The notes: generated by a model from the sequence alone, not told the origin. A stretch of DNA of 64,000 bases from an uncultured Gemmatimonadales bacterium (GCA_963771275.1 CAVYSW010000003.1:32001-96000), one strand, 5' to 3'. Positions 39,914 to 50,950 are shown, counted from the stretch's first letter. Program-made: numbers and translations.

Positions 39914-40801
39914 ATGGCCATTTACGCGCAGCCGAACTCGTGGCAATGTGGGCCGTTCGCCCTCAAGCATGGACTGATCGCACTCGGGGTCTACACCCAT
40001 GAGGACGACCTTGCGCGTATCGCGGGCAGCACCGAGAAGAACGGCACTGACGACCGCCAGCTCGCGCGGGCCGCACAGGTGCACGGATGCGCGCTCACGG
40101 TCGTGCGGCGCTCGCACGCGTGGGCCGCGCGCCAGGAGCTCGACCACTGGTTCGCCCGCGGCGTGCCAGTGCTGCTCTGCCTCGATCAGTGGGAGCACTG
40201 GGTCACCGCCGTGTCGGCCGATGCGGAGCACGTCGTCGTGTTCGACAGCCAGTTCGACAATGCGGTATTGCGCCTCGAGCGGTGGGAGCGCATCGCCGAG
40301 CGATTGGTGTTCCGCCGCCGTCGGTGGCGGGGGTTGTGGACCCAGAGGCTCTACGACCTGCATCCCCTCGTGCCGGTGCGGGACGCGGGCGCGCGGCTGC
40401 GGCTCACGGTCGAGCGGGCCCGGCGCCTGCTGGAGCTCGAGGGCGGTGTCGTGGCCGACCGGTGGGACGAGTACGCGCGACGGTTGCTGCCACTCGCGGC
40501 GGCGACCGGGCGGACCGCGCACCTCGTCCGACTCGATCGCTTCCTCGCGTCCCACGCCGACCGGATCACCGCCGAGGTGGAGCGCACGCGCGGGTTCGCG
40601 GTGCGGCATGACGCCGAGCGGGTGTTGTGGCGTCTGGCGCTGGCCGCGGAGCTGTATGATCTGCGCCTGCGCCCGCTGCTCACGCGCCGCGCCGAGGCGC
40701 GCGTCGCCGGGATCGTGAGCGGGTTCGTTCCCGCCAAGTCGACACGCGTGGGGCCGCGGCGGGCCACCGCCCCGGTGCGGGCCATCGCCGCCTCCGCGTA
40801 G
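39914..40801 (+). CDS. Stand-alone C39-like (papain-fold) cysteine peptidase domain protein
   Basis: QPNSWQCGPFALK (Q/C), GT...L.RAA, DQWEHWV (H), VVFDS (D). Confidence 0.75.
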   Translation: MAIYAQPNSWQCGPFALKHGLIALGVYTHEDDLARIAGSTEKNGTDDRQLARAAQVHGCALTVVRRSHAWAARQELDHWFARGVPVLLCLDQWEHWVTAVSADAEHVVVFDSQFDNAVLRLERWERIAERLVFRRRRWRGLWTQRLYDLHPLVPVRDAGARLRLTVERARRLLELEGGVVADRWDEYARRLLPLAAATGRTAHLVRLDRFLASHADRITAEVERTRGFAVRHDAERVLWRLALAAELYDLRLRPLLTRRAEARVAGIVSGFVPAKSTRVGPRRATAPVRAIAASA

Positions 40802-40813
40802 CCCGGCGGCGCC

Positions 40814-41248
40814 CTAGCGCTGCTCCGTCACGTAGGCGTTGAGGTACTGGATCGTATCCTGCTGCTCCGCGATCTGGTACGCCAGGATGTCGCCGGACGT
40901 GATGATCCCGCACAGCGCACCGTGTTCGACAACCGGCAGGTGACGGATCCGCCGCCCGGTCATCAGGGCGCGGCACTCGTCGAGCGTCGTATCGGGCGCG
41001 CAGTGCGCGACCGGTGACGCCATCACCTCGCCGATCGTCGTCGTGGCGGGGTCCCGCGCCTCCGCCACCACACGGCGCATGACGTCGCGTTCAGTGAAGA
41101 TCCCGACCAACGTCGCGCCGTTCATCACGACCAGGCCGCCGATGCCGCGGTCGTTCATCAGGCGCGCCGCATTCACCACCTTCTCGATGGTGACCGTCGT
41201 GATGACCTCTCGGCCCTTGCGATCGAGGATGCTGCGGACGGTGGGCAT
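40814..41248 (-). CDS. CBS domain pair protein
   Basis: V..ILDRKG, IGGLVV, GIFTERD, RIRHLPV, GIITSGD. Confidence 0.93.
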   Translation of the reverse strand: MPTVRSILDRKGREVITTVTIEKVVNAARLMNDRGIGGLVVMNGATLVGIFTERDVMRRVVAEARDPATTTIGEVMASPVAHCAPDTTLDECRALMTGRRIRHLPVVEHGALCGIITSGDILAYQIAEQQDTIQYLNAYVTEQR

Positions 41249-41396
41249 GGGACCGCCTTGGCTGGGGATGCTGCCAACGTACGTCGTCCCGGCCCAGCCC
41301 GCCAGCGTGCCGCGGCGGTCCGCCCGGGAGCGGTGCCCGCGGTCACGCCGACGCGGTCGTCCCCGCAGGTTTGCCGAGTCTTTCCATCGGGTTCGC

Positions 41397-41438
41397 TGTC
41401 ACACGACCGCACGGTGCCGTGTCCTTGAATCGGACACG
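41397..41438 (+). promoter_or_regulatory. ECF41-like promoter with overlapping palindrome
   Basis: TGTCACA (41397-41403), N16, TGTC (41420-41423); CGTGTCC-N7-GGACACG at 41418-41438. Confidence 0.5.
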
Positions 41439-41467
41439 CCGGATTCCACCCCGTACAGGAGGTCGTG

Positions 41468-41938
41468 ATGCGCACGGTTCGAACCGTTGCAGCCCTGTTG
41501 TGGTTGGCGTTGCCCGGGCTGGCGCTCGCGCAGCAACAGCAGCAGGACCAGCAGCGCCGGCAGGCGCAGCAACAGGTGCAGCAACAGCAGCAACAGCAGC
41601 AGGCGCAGGAGCAGATGCGGCAGCAGCAGCGCCAACGACTGCAGGCCATGCAGCAGCAGAGCGAGCGGCTGATGACCCAGGTCCGCGAGACCAACCAACA
41701 GATGACGCGGCAGCAGGCGCATCAGGCACTGCAGCAGATGGGGCAGCAAATGGAGCAGGCGACGGTGCGGGTGCGGGAGATGACGCGGAACATGGAGCGC
41801 CTGCAGCAGGATCCGAGCTTCGCCGACTCGCCGCAGCGGCTGCAGCAGATGGAGCGCCTCCAGGAGCGGCTGCAGAACACCATGCGCGAGATGGAGCAGC
41901 TGCACCAAGCCCTGCGCGCGATGATCGGACAGTCGTAA
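41468..41938 (+). CDS. Secreted Gln/Met-rich coiled-coil protein
   Basis: AGGAGG RBS, signal peptide (ALA-Q), poly-Q CAG/CAA tracts, heptad helices. Confidence 0.85.
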   Translation: MRTVRTVAALLWLALPGLALAQQQQQDQQRRQAQQQVQQQQQQQQAQEQMRQQQRQRLQAMQQQSERLMTQVRETNQQMTRQQAHQALQQMGQQMEQATVRVREMTRNMERLQQDPSFADSPQRLQQMERLQERLQNTMREMEQLHQALRAMIGQS

Positions 41939-42816
41939 TGCACGCGGGACGCCTGCTGGTCGCCGTCATGGCCGGCGCACCGCTCGAGGCGCAGACGCTG
42001 CACTACGAGGGGAGCGCCGGCCTCGCCACGGGGACGTACATCTTCACCACGCGGACGTCCAGCTGGCACGTTGCCACCGGCTTCGCGCTCGGCGCGGGGC
42101 CGGTGACGCTCCGGGCGACGTTGCCGGTGTTCTATCAGAACTCCACGCTCGTCGCGACGACCGGTACGGGCCTGGTCCCCACGGGTGGCTCCTCCGGCAG
42201 CGTCGTTGCCGACTCGTCGGCCCGCCGGTCAGGAGACGGCTCGCGGCGGACCCCTGTGACCGGCGTTGTGGCATGGTCGACAACGGCGGGCCTGGTCGGC
42301 GACCCGGTCGAAGTCCCCGCGGGGGCCGGGGGCGCTTATCAGTGGGCGGCCGGGGATCCCGTGGTGACCGCCACCGTGGCCGCGTTGCAGCGCGGCCGGG
42401 TCGGCATTCTGCTCGGCGCCGCCGCCAAGATTCCGCTGGCGGACACCGCCAGCTTCGGGACCGGCGCGTGGGACTTTGGCGGCACCCTGTCGTCGTCCTT
42501 GATGCTCGGAGGCCGTGTGCTGGCCGGCGTCGATCTCGGCTACTGGGCGATGGGCGATCCGCCGGATCTCGCTCTCGAGAACCCGCTGCTGGTGGGGGCG
42601 ACGCTATCCTATCTCACGCCGCGCGGCTGGAGCCTGTCAGTCGGCATGAGCGGCGGCACGCCGGTGATCGCCGGCTTCGCCAACAGCCTCTCCGCCACCG
42701 TGGGGATACTCAAGCCGGGACGCCCCGGGCTCGGGCTGCTCGTGGCCGCCGGCTTCACGGAGACGGCGCCGGACTTCTCGTTCGCGCTGAGCTGGCGGTT
42801 GGGGCTGCTCCAGTAG
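41938..42816 (+). CDS. Putative outer-membrane beta-barrel protein
   Basis: TAATG coupling; signal-like LEAQ; alternating beta-strands; AKIPLAD...FGTGAWDFG; C-terminal APDFSFALSWRL. Confidence 0.7.
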   Translation: MHAGRLLVAVMAGAPLEAQTLHYEGSAGLATGTYIFTTRTSSWHVATGFALGAGPVTLRATLPVFYQNSTLVATTGTGLVPTGGSSGSVVADSSARRSGDGSRRTPVTGVVAWSTTAGLVGDPVEVPAGAGGAYQWAAGDPVVTATVAALQRGRVGILLGAAAKIPLADTASFGTGAWDFGGTLSSSLMLGGRVLAGVDLGYWAMGDPPDLALENPLLVGATLSYLTPRGWSLSVGMSGGTPVIAGFANSLSATVGILKPGRPGLGLLVAAGFTETAPDFSFALSWRLGLLQ

Positions 42817-42953
42817 GGACCGGCGCGCGCCGCAGCCGCGATCCGGACCTGAACCGCTGCAGGCTTCCCGCTTCCCATGACTACGACATGAGCACTCATG
42901 GTCATTGCGTCACCCACAGGCTCATGGCGGGGGCGTGACGCATTCCCGGCACG

Positions 42954-44555
42954 CTACCCCACCGGTCGATCGAGGCTGCGATACTGCACCGCCTCGCTCA
43001 CGTGCTGGGGCTGGATGTCCGCCGCCCCCGCGAGGTCGGCGATCGTGCGCGCGATCTTGAGGATCCGGTGATACGCCCGGGCCGAGAGCCGGAGCCGGGT
43101 GATCGCGCTCCGGAGCAGCGCGTCCGCGTCGTCGCTCACCCGGCAGTACACCCGCAGGTCCCTGGGCGTCATGTGGGCGTTGGCGTAGATCCCCGGCCGC
43201 TTGGCGAATCGCTCGAGCTGCACGTGGCGCGCCCGGTTCACGCGCTCCCGAATCGTCGCACTCGCCTCCCCGTGCCGCTCGGTGGAGAGCTCGCGGTAGG
43301 GCACGGCGGGCACCTCGATGTGGATGTCGATCCGGTCGAGCAGCGGCCCCGAGAGCCGCGCGAGGTAGCGCTCGACGCCCAGCACCCCGCAGGTGCAGGT
43401 GCGGCCGGGATCGCCCCAGTAGCCGCAGGGACAGGGGTTCATCGCGGCTGCCAGCATGAACCGCGCCGGGTAGCACAGCGACGAGGCGGCGCGCGAGATG
43501 GTGACGTGGCCGTCTTCCAGCGGCTGGCGCAGCACCTCGAGCACGTTCTTGCGGAACTCCGGCAACTCGTCGAGGAACAGCACCCCCCCGTGGGCGAGGC
43601 TGACCTCGCCGGGGCGCGGATACGTGCCGCCCCCGATGAGGCCGGCATCGCTGATCGTGTGATGCGGCGCGCGGAACGGCCGGCGCGTCACCAGCGAGGC
43701 TCCCGCCGGCAGCAGGCCGGCGACGGAGTGGATCTTGGTGGTCTCGAGCGCCTCCTCGAGCGTCGTCTCCGGCAGAATCGTGGGGAGGCGCCGGGCGAGC
43801 ATCGTCTTGCCGCTTCCCGGCGGGCCCACCATCAGGAGATTGTGCCCACCCGCCGCCGCCACTTCGAGCGCACGCTTGGCGTGCGCCTGACCCCGCACGT
43901 CCCCGAAATCCACGTCGTCGGTCGGGGGGGTGTCGAACAGGGTGGCGGGATCCACCGTCGTCCGGGGGAGCGGCCGGCCCTCCGCGAAGAACGCGGCGAC
44001 CTGCTGGAGCGACTGGGCACCCAGCGTCTCGATGCCCTGCACCACGCCGGCCTCCGCCACGTTGGCGAGCGGCACGATCACGCCGCGGCAGCCCTCGCGC
44101 TTGGCGGTGAGCGCGACCGGCAACACGCCGCGCACGGGCCGCAGGTCCCCCTCGAGCCCCAGCTCGCCAAGAACGACATAGTCGGCGAGCCCCTGCGGGT
44201 GCGCCGTCGGGCGGGCGTCTGGTTGGCCGGCGCCCCCCGGGGCGGCCGGATCCGCGCGCACCGCCCCGTTCAGCTGTCCCGTGGCCGCGAGGATCCCCAG
44301 CGCGATCGGCAGGTCGAATGCCGAGCCGTCCTTCCGGATGTCGGCCGGGGCGAGATTGACCGTAATGCGGCGTAAGGGGAAGAGAAAGTCCGAGTTGGCG
44401 ATGGCGGCGTAGACCCGCTCGCGGCCTTCCTTCACCGCGCCCTGGGGGAGACCGACCGTCGCGAACGTGGGCAGACCATTGGCAATGTCGGTCTCGACGT
44501 CCACCAGGTAGGCGTCGATGCCGAGGACCGCCGCCGACCGGATGCGGGCGAGCAT
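42954..44555 (-). CDS. comM: ComM/YifB Mg-chelatase-like AAA+ ATPase
   Basis: VGLP..AVKE.RERV, NLAPADIRKDGS.FDLPIA, GPPGSGKT, RAPHHT, FLDELPEF, NPCPCG, LSARAYHRILK. Confidence 0.95.
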   Translation of the reverse strand: MLARIRSAAVLGIDAYLVDVETDIANGLPTFATVGLPQGAVKEGRERVYAAIANSDFLFPLRRITVNLAPADIRKDGSAFDLPIALGILAATGQLNGAVRADPAAPGGAGQPDARPTAHPQGLADYVVLGELGLEGDLRPVRGVLPVALTAKREGCRGVIVPLANVAEAGVVQGIETLGAQSLQQVAAFFAEGRPLPRTTVDPATLFDTPPTDDVDFGDVRGQAHAKRALEVAAAGGHNLLMVGPPGSGKTMLARRLPTILPETTLEEALETTKIHSVAGLLPAGASLVTRRPFRAPHHTISDAGLIGGGTYPRPGEVSLAHGGVLFLDELPEFRKNVLEVLRQPLEDGHVTISRAASSLCYPARFMLAAAMNPCPCGYWGDPGRTCTCGVLGVERYLARLSGPLLDRIDIHIEVPAVPYRELSTERHGEASATIRERVNRARHVQLERFAKRPGIYANAHMTPRDLRVYCRVSDDADALLRSAITRLRLSARAYHRILKIARTIADLAGAADIQPQHVSEAVQYRSLDRPVG

Positions 44556-44635
44556 GCGCCGACGGTAGCGGCGGCCGGCGGCGCGGTGGTAAGCGAAGTT
44601 ACGCGGGCCGGATCAGAGGGCCGCGCGTGGCTTCC

Positions 44636-44848
44636 TCAGCCCTCCGGCTTCTTCGGCCGCGTCGAGAGACCGAACGGCAGGTACGCCGGACAGAATGCCA
44701 CGAAGCTCGTGAGCACGAACAGCACCGCGACCACACACAGCACGATCGCCAGCGTTCCGCTGATGACGCGGAAGTAGTACAGCACGCCGATCACCACGGC
44801 GACCAGAATCCGGATGGTCCGATCCGCGGTTCCCATGTTCGCCTTCAT
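44636..44848 (-). CDS. DUF2892 (YgaP-like) small membrane protein
   Basis: MKANMGTADRTIR...TSFVAFCPAYLPFGLST; GAGG RBS. Confidence 0.9.
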   Translation of the reverse strand: MKANMGTADRTIRILVAVVIGVLYYFRVISGTLAIVLCVVAVLFVLTSFVAFCPAYLPFGLSTRPKKPEG

Positions 44849-44978
44849 GTCCGCCTCACCCCGTTCAGGACGATGGGAATCTCGTATCCGCGCGGCGGGA
44901 TGCAAGGGCAGCGTGCCGTGCCGCCTGCCACCCGCGTATACTAGGGGGAGCCACCAGCGAAGCGAGGAGCCCCGCCCC

Positions 44979-46492
44979 GTGGGCCAGCAGCAGCCGGATT
45001 CGCGTGTCGCGCCCCAGCCGTTCCCGTCGGGCCTCGCGGTGCGGCTCGCCGCGATCACGAGTGTGCTCGCGGTGGTGCTCGTGCTCGCCGCGACGGAGAT
45101 CGCGCTCTCCTGGTCCGAGCGTTCGCGGCTGGACGACACCCGGCGCGAGGCCATGGCGGTGGGGAACACGCTCGCCTCCTACCTCACGCGGATCGCCCCG
45201 GCCGGTGACCGCGACTCGCTGGTCGCCGGGTTCGCGCGCTGGGCCGGCCACGACGTCTCCAACACCGAAGCGACGCTCTACCTCGTCGAACGCGGGCTCC
45301 TGGTCACGGCGACCGCCGTGGACAGCAGCCTGCTGGTGCCGCCGGGACCGCTCGACAGTGCGGCGCTCGCCGGCCGGGCGACGCAGGTCACGTTCCAGGC
45401 GCAGCCGGAACCCACCTGGCGCATTGCCCTGCCGCTCGGCGCCGGCGCGCCGTTCGGCGTGCTCGACGTGAGCGTGTCGGCGCAGCGCCTGGCGGACTGG
45501 GCGCGCACCGAGCGGCGTCGCGCCTACGCGCTCGCGCTCGCCTCCGCCCTGCTGGTGGCCCTCGGCGTTGCCTGGCTGATCACCCGCTGGGTGGGTCACC
45601 CGCTGCGCCAACTCGGCCGGGTGATGGCAGCCGCAGGCCAGGGCGCGGAGTGGGGACCGCAGGCCGCGGAGATCGGCCCCGCCGAGTTCCGCCTGCTCGC
45701 CCGCCGCTACAACGCGCTGCGCGGAGCCCTGATCCGGCGCGAGCGCGAAAGCGACGCCCGGGCGGCGCTGCTCGCGCTCGAGGAGCGGGCCCGCTCGCTC
45801 GACCGGCTCGCGGCGATGGCGGAGACGCGGGCGAGCTTCGCCCACGAAGTCGGCACACCGCTCAACACCGTGCGCGGCCATCTGCAGCTGCTGCGCTCGG
45901 ACATGGAAGACGCCGGCGCGCCCGCCGGCGCGCGGGTCGACCTGTTGCTGGACCAGGTGGATCGCCTCACGGCCATCGTCCGGAAGGGACTCGAGCGCTC
46001 CGCGTGGCCGCCTCCCCAGCCCGAGTCCGTCGATCTCCGGGGCCTCGCCGACCGGGTACTGCGATTCCTCGAGCCGTCGTTCACGGCGGCCGAGGTCGCC
46101 GTCTCGCTCGTGCCCACGACCGGCTGGTCGAACCCGGTCCGGGCGCGCTGCGACCCCGCCATGGTCGAGCAGATCCTGCTCAATCTCCTCAAGAACGCGA
46201 TCGAGGCCACGCGCCCCTCCGGGCATGTCACGGTGTCGGTGGGCGCCCGCGATGAGAAAGCGGAGCTCCTGGTGGCCGACGACGGGCCCGGCCTCTCGAG
46301 CGAGATGCGCGCCCAGTTGTTCAGCCCGTTCGCCACCACCAAGGGCTCCGGCGGCACAGGCCTCGGCCTCGCCGTCAGCCGCCGCCTGGCCCGGGCGCAC
46401 GACGGCGAGCTCGAGCTCGTGCCCACCGAGAGCGGTGTTACGTGGCGGCTGCTGCTCCCCCTCGCCGAACCGCCGATACCGGAGATCATCCC

Positions 46493-46496
<4 letters not shown>
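44979..46496 (+). CDS. Membrane sensor histidine kinase (periplasmic sensor, HAMP, HisKA, HATPase)
   Basis: Two TMs; FAHEVGTPLN, NLLKNAIEA, DDGPG, PFATTK, GTGLGL. GTG with GAGGAG RBS; upstream GTGCCG-N18-TATACT. Confidence 0.93.
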
Positions 46497-47931
<1,435 letters not shown>

Positions 47932-47932
<1 letters not shown>

Positions 47933-48068
47933 GACACGTTGGCGCGCCCGGACAAGCTGTCCGGCGCCGCCGCGTCAGACTGCCCCACATCCGCCGCCCC
48001 CACCGGGGATGCAAACCGGTTGTCGTGCAACAGGTTGTGCGTCGGCGTCCCGAGGGCATGCCGGTTGC
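47932..48068 (+). promoter_or_regulatory. Sigma54 promoter module 1 (enhancer boxes, IHF-like site, -24/-12)
   Basis: GGACAagcTGTCC 47950-47962, CGTCAgacTGCCC 47973-47985, CAAcaggTTG 48028-48037, GGGCATGCCGGTTGC 48054-48068. Confidence 0.8.
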
Positions 48069-48132
48069 CTCTCTCCAGGCCGAAGGGCCCCCTGCGGACC
48101 CGTGTGCCCACCCCGACATGCCAGGAGGAGAT

Positions 48133-48534
48133 ATGAAAGGAACCATGGCGCTGTTCATCGCGGGGATTCTCGCCGCCGGCTCGGCGACGTCGCTTCACGC
48201 GCAACAGCAGCAACAGCAGCAGCCGCCGCCGAAGCCCAAGCCGGCGCAGGTGCAGCCCGCGCCCAAGCCCGCCGCGAGCCCGGTCGCGCAGACCCAGGCG
48301 ATGCATCGCACCGGGACGATGCGGCCCCGAGCGCGTCACTGGAACGCGGCGCAGATCAAGGAAGCACAGACGGGCCTCACCGCCGCGAAGCTCTACACCG
48401 GGAAGATCTCCGGCCTGTATGACTCGGCCACCCGGACCGCCGTGCGCGAGTTCCAGCGCGCGCACAACATGCCGGTGACCGGCAACCTGAGCGACTCGCT
48501 TCTCGTCTTGCTGCGGGAGCAGAAGCCCAGGTAG
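48133..48534 (+). CDS. Small secreted peptidoglycan-binding (PG_binding_1) protein, paralog A
   Basis: AGGAGGAG RBS; signal peptide; Q/P-rich linker; IKEAQTGLTAAKLYTGKISGLYDSATRTAVREFQRAHNMPVTGNL. Confidence 0.88.
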   Translation: MKGTMALFIAGILAAGSATSLHAQQQQQQQPPPKPKPAQVQPAPKPAASPVAQTQAMHRTGTMRPRARHWNAAQIKEAQTGLTAAKLYTGKISGLYDSATRTAVREFQRAHNMPVTGNLSDSLLVLLREQKPR

Positions 48535-48556
48535 CGACCGCGAAGCGAAGCAGGTC

Positions 48557-48590
48557 AAGGCGCCTCCCGGACGGTTCGGGAGGCGCTTTC
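48557..48590 (+). terminator. Intrinsic terminator
   Basis: AAGGCGCCTCCCG...CGGGAGGCGCTTT hairpin after paralog A. Confidence 0.75.
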
Positions 48591-48596
48591 GTTACG

Positions 48597-48733
48597 CGAC
48601 GACCTGGCGCATTCGGACAAGGTGACCGCCGGCGCCGCGTCAGACTGACCCTTCCCGTCGGCGGCACGGAACCGGTCAAACAACTTGCCGCGCAACGGGT
48701 TGGGCGCCGGGCTCCAGGCGGCACGCCGGTTGC
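48597..48733 (+). promoter_or_regulatory. Sigma54 promoter module 2
   Basis: GGACAaggTGACC 48615-48627, CGTCAgacTGACC 48638-48650, CAAcgggTTG 48693-48702, CGGCACGCCGGTTGC 48719-48733. Confidence 0.85.
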
Positions 48734-48796
48734 CTTCGTCAACAGCGAAGCGGCTCACCGCCGCATTCAATGCGCAACCAGACTCAGGAGGAACCA

Positions 48797-49186
48797 ATGA
48801 CGCCCAACTTCGCGCTCATCGCGGCGCTGCTCGTTGCCGGATCGAGCACGACGCTTGTCGCACGGCAGGAGGCACCGCGGCCCCAGCCCGTGGACGTCCG
48901 GCCGGATACCTCGGTCGCACAGCCGCAGCTCGCCGCGCCGCCGTGGATGACGAAGCCGGTGGCTCGCCAGTGGAACGTCGACCGTATCAAGCAGGCCCAG
49001 ACCGGTCTCCAGAACGCCAAGCTCTACGGGGGCAGGGTCAGCGGGGTGTACGACGGGGAAACGCGCCATGCCGTGCGCGAGTACCAGCGCCTCCACAACC
49101 TGGCGGTGACCGGAACGCTGAGCGACTCGCTCATGGTCATGCTGCTGGCGGAGCAGCCCTCCAGACCATGCCCGTCCATGCCCTGA
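48797..49186 (+). CDS. Small secreted peptidoglycan-binding protein, paralog B
   Basis: AGGAGG RBS; signal peptide; IKQAQTGLQNAKLYGGRVSGVYDGETRHAVREYQRLHNLAVTGTL. Confidence 0.88.
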   Translation: MTPNFALIAALLVAGSSTTLVARQEAPRPQPVDVRPDTSVAQPQLAAPPWMTKPVARQWNVDRIKQAQTGLQNAKLYGGRVSGVYDGETRHAVREYQRLHNLAVTGTLSDSLMVMLLAEQPSRPCPSMP

Positions 49187-49214
49187 CCGGCCGGCGCGGT
49201 GTCACACGGCAAGC

Positions 49215-49246
49215 GAGGCGCCTTCCCCACGAGGGAGGCGCCTTTT
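49215..49246 (+). terminator. Intrinsic terminator
   Basis: AGGCGCCTTCC...GGGAGGCGCCT hairpin followed by a T tract. Confidence 0.8.
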
Positions 49247-49272
49247 GCGTTGCGGCCGCGCGGGGGAGCGGA

Positions 49273-49388
49273 GGACCATCTGACACCTCGCAACGGACAA
49301 GGTGTCCCACTCGTCCGACAGACCACCGGTCCGCAATGCGCTGCCATTCAAGGACTTGCGACGACGTGACCAACGGCCCGCCACTTGC
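49273..49388 (+). promoter_or_regulatory. Sigma54 promoter module 3
   Basis: GGACCatcTGACA 49273-49285, GGACAaggTGTCC 49295-49307, CAAggacTTG 49349-49358, CGGCCCGCCACTTGC 49374-49388. Confidence 0.8.
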
Positions 49389-49499
49389 CTGCTCCACACC
49401 GCAGTGGCGCGGCCGTGACGTTGGGTTGCGGCTCGGCAGGCTGAGATCAGCGCACCCGGACGAGTGCGTAGCGCAGAGCGACGAGGAGGAGAACCAACC

Positions 49500-50930
49500 A
49501 TGACGTATTTCAATGATCGCGGCGTACGCCGCCTGTTCGCGGGGACCGCCATCGTGGCGTTCGCCGCCGGGGCCGCGCTGGTGCTCGGCCTTCGGGACCA
49601 GCGAGCCGAGGCGCAGGGACCCCGCGCTCCAGAAACCGCCGCCGCGGCGACATCGGCCGCCCCGATGCCGGTCGTGCCGACCCTCGCGCCGCTCGTGAAG
49701 CGGGTCGCGGACGGTGTGGTCAACATCAGCGTGGAGGGCAAGGTCGAGAGCAGTCCGGTGGGGCTGCCGGACGACCCGTTCTTCCGCCAGTTCTTCAACG
49801 TCCCGGATCATCCAGTGGAGCAGCAGTACCAGGCCGCGGGATCCGGCGTGATCGTGGACGCCGCCAAGGGCTACGTGCTGACCAACAACCACGTGGTCGA
49901 TCACGCGGACAAGATCACGGTGACGCTTGCCGATAACCGGCGGTTCGACGCCAAGGTGATCGGTCGCGATCCCGAGGCGGACATCGCCGTAATCCAGATC
50001 CCGGCCAAGGGGCTCACGGCGCTCAAGCCGGCGGATTCGGACAAGCTGCAGGTCGGGGACTACGTGGTCGCCATCGGCAATCCGTTCGGACTCCATTCAA
50101 CGGTCACCGCGGGGATCGTCAGCGCCGTGGGTCGCTCGGGCCTCGACATCGAGGGCTATGAGGACTTCATCCAGACGGATGCGTCGATCAACCCCGGCAA
50201 CTCCGGTGGCGCGCTGGTGGATCTCCAGGGCGATCTGGTCGGGGTCAACACGGCGATCGCGGGGCCGACCGGCGGCAACGTGGGCATCGGCTTCGCGATT
50301 CCGATCAACATGGCCCGCGCGATCATGCTGCAGCTGATCGCGCACGGCAAGGTGGTGCGCGGGCAGCTCGGCGTCTACGTGCAGGATGTCACCCCGGACG
50401 TCGCGCAGGCGATGCACCTGGAGCAGTCGAACGGCGCCCTGGTGTCGCGCGTCGAGCCCGGCTCCCCCGCGGAGCGGGCGGGAATCCGCGCGGGCGACGT
50501 CATCGTGCGGGTGGACAGCCTGGACGTGACCAGCGCCGCGGCGCTGCGCAATCAGCTCGGCCTGATGCCCGTCGGCAGCGACGTACGCCTCGGCCTGGTG
50601 CGCAACGGCAAGCCCATGACGGTGGAGACCCACCTCGTCCGCCGGGAAACGGCGCGCGAGAGCGGCAGCGCGCTCGATGCGCGGTTCGAGGGCGTCGAGC
50701 TGAGCACGGTGCCGGCGGGCAACGAGCCGTCCGGGGTGGTGATCACGGACCTGAGCCCCCAGAGCCCGGCCTATGCCGCGGGGCTCCGAAAGGGTGACGT
50801 GATCACGAGTGTCAATCACCAGCCCGTCAAGTCGATCGATGATCTGAAGAGCGCGGTGCACGACACCGAGGGCCCGCTGCTCATCAATGCGGCCCGTGGG
50901 AGCACGGAGTTGTTCCTCGTGCTCCGGTAA
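49500..50930 (+). CDS. htrA: DegP/DegQ (HtrA) periplasmic serine protease with 2 PDZ domains
   Basis: GSGVI, TNNHVV (H), DIAVI (D), IQTDASINPGNSGG (S), two PDZ domains; GAGGAG RBS. Confidence 0.96.
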   Translation: MTYFNDRGVRRLFAGTAIVAFAAGAALVLGLRDQRAEAQGPRAPETAAAATSAAPMPVVPTLAPLVKRVADGVVNISVEGKVESSPVGLPDDPFFRQFFNVPDHPVEQQYQAAGSGVIVDAAKGYVLTNNHVVDHADKITVTLADNRRFDAKVIGRDPEADIAVIQIPAKGLTALKPADSDKLQVGDYVVAIGNPFGLHSTVTAGIVSAVGRSGLDIEGYEDFIQTDASINPGNSGGALVDLQGDLVGVNTAIAGPTGGNVGIGFAIPINMARAIMLQLIAHGKVVRGQLGVYVQDVTPDVAQAMHLEQSNGALVSRVEPGSPAERAGIRAGDVIVRVDSLDVTSAAALRNQLGLMPVGSDVRLGLVRNGKPMTVETHLVRRETARESGSALDARFEGVELSTVPAGNEPSGVVITDLSPQSPAYAAGLRKGDVITSVNHQPVKSIDDLKSAVHDTEGPLLINAARGSTELFLVLR

Positions 50931-50950
50931 CGGGGATCGCGTGCAGGTTC

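Noticed and set aside
41332..41347. CRP-like GGTGC-N6-TCACG
   Set aside because: Mismatch in the core; chance matches are likely in GC-rich DNA.
41173..41694. Poly-Cys ORF on the minus strand
   Set aside because: Reverse complement of the CAG/CAA poly-Gln tract, not a metallothionein.
44898..44923. Sigma54-like GGCACG...TTGC upstream of the DUF2892 gene (minus strand)
   Set aside because: GG-to-GC spacing is not the obligatory 10 nt.
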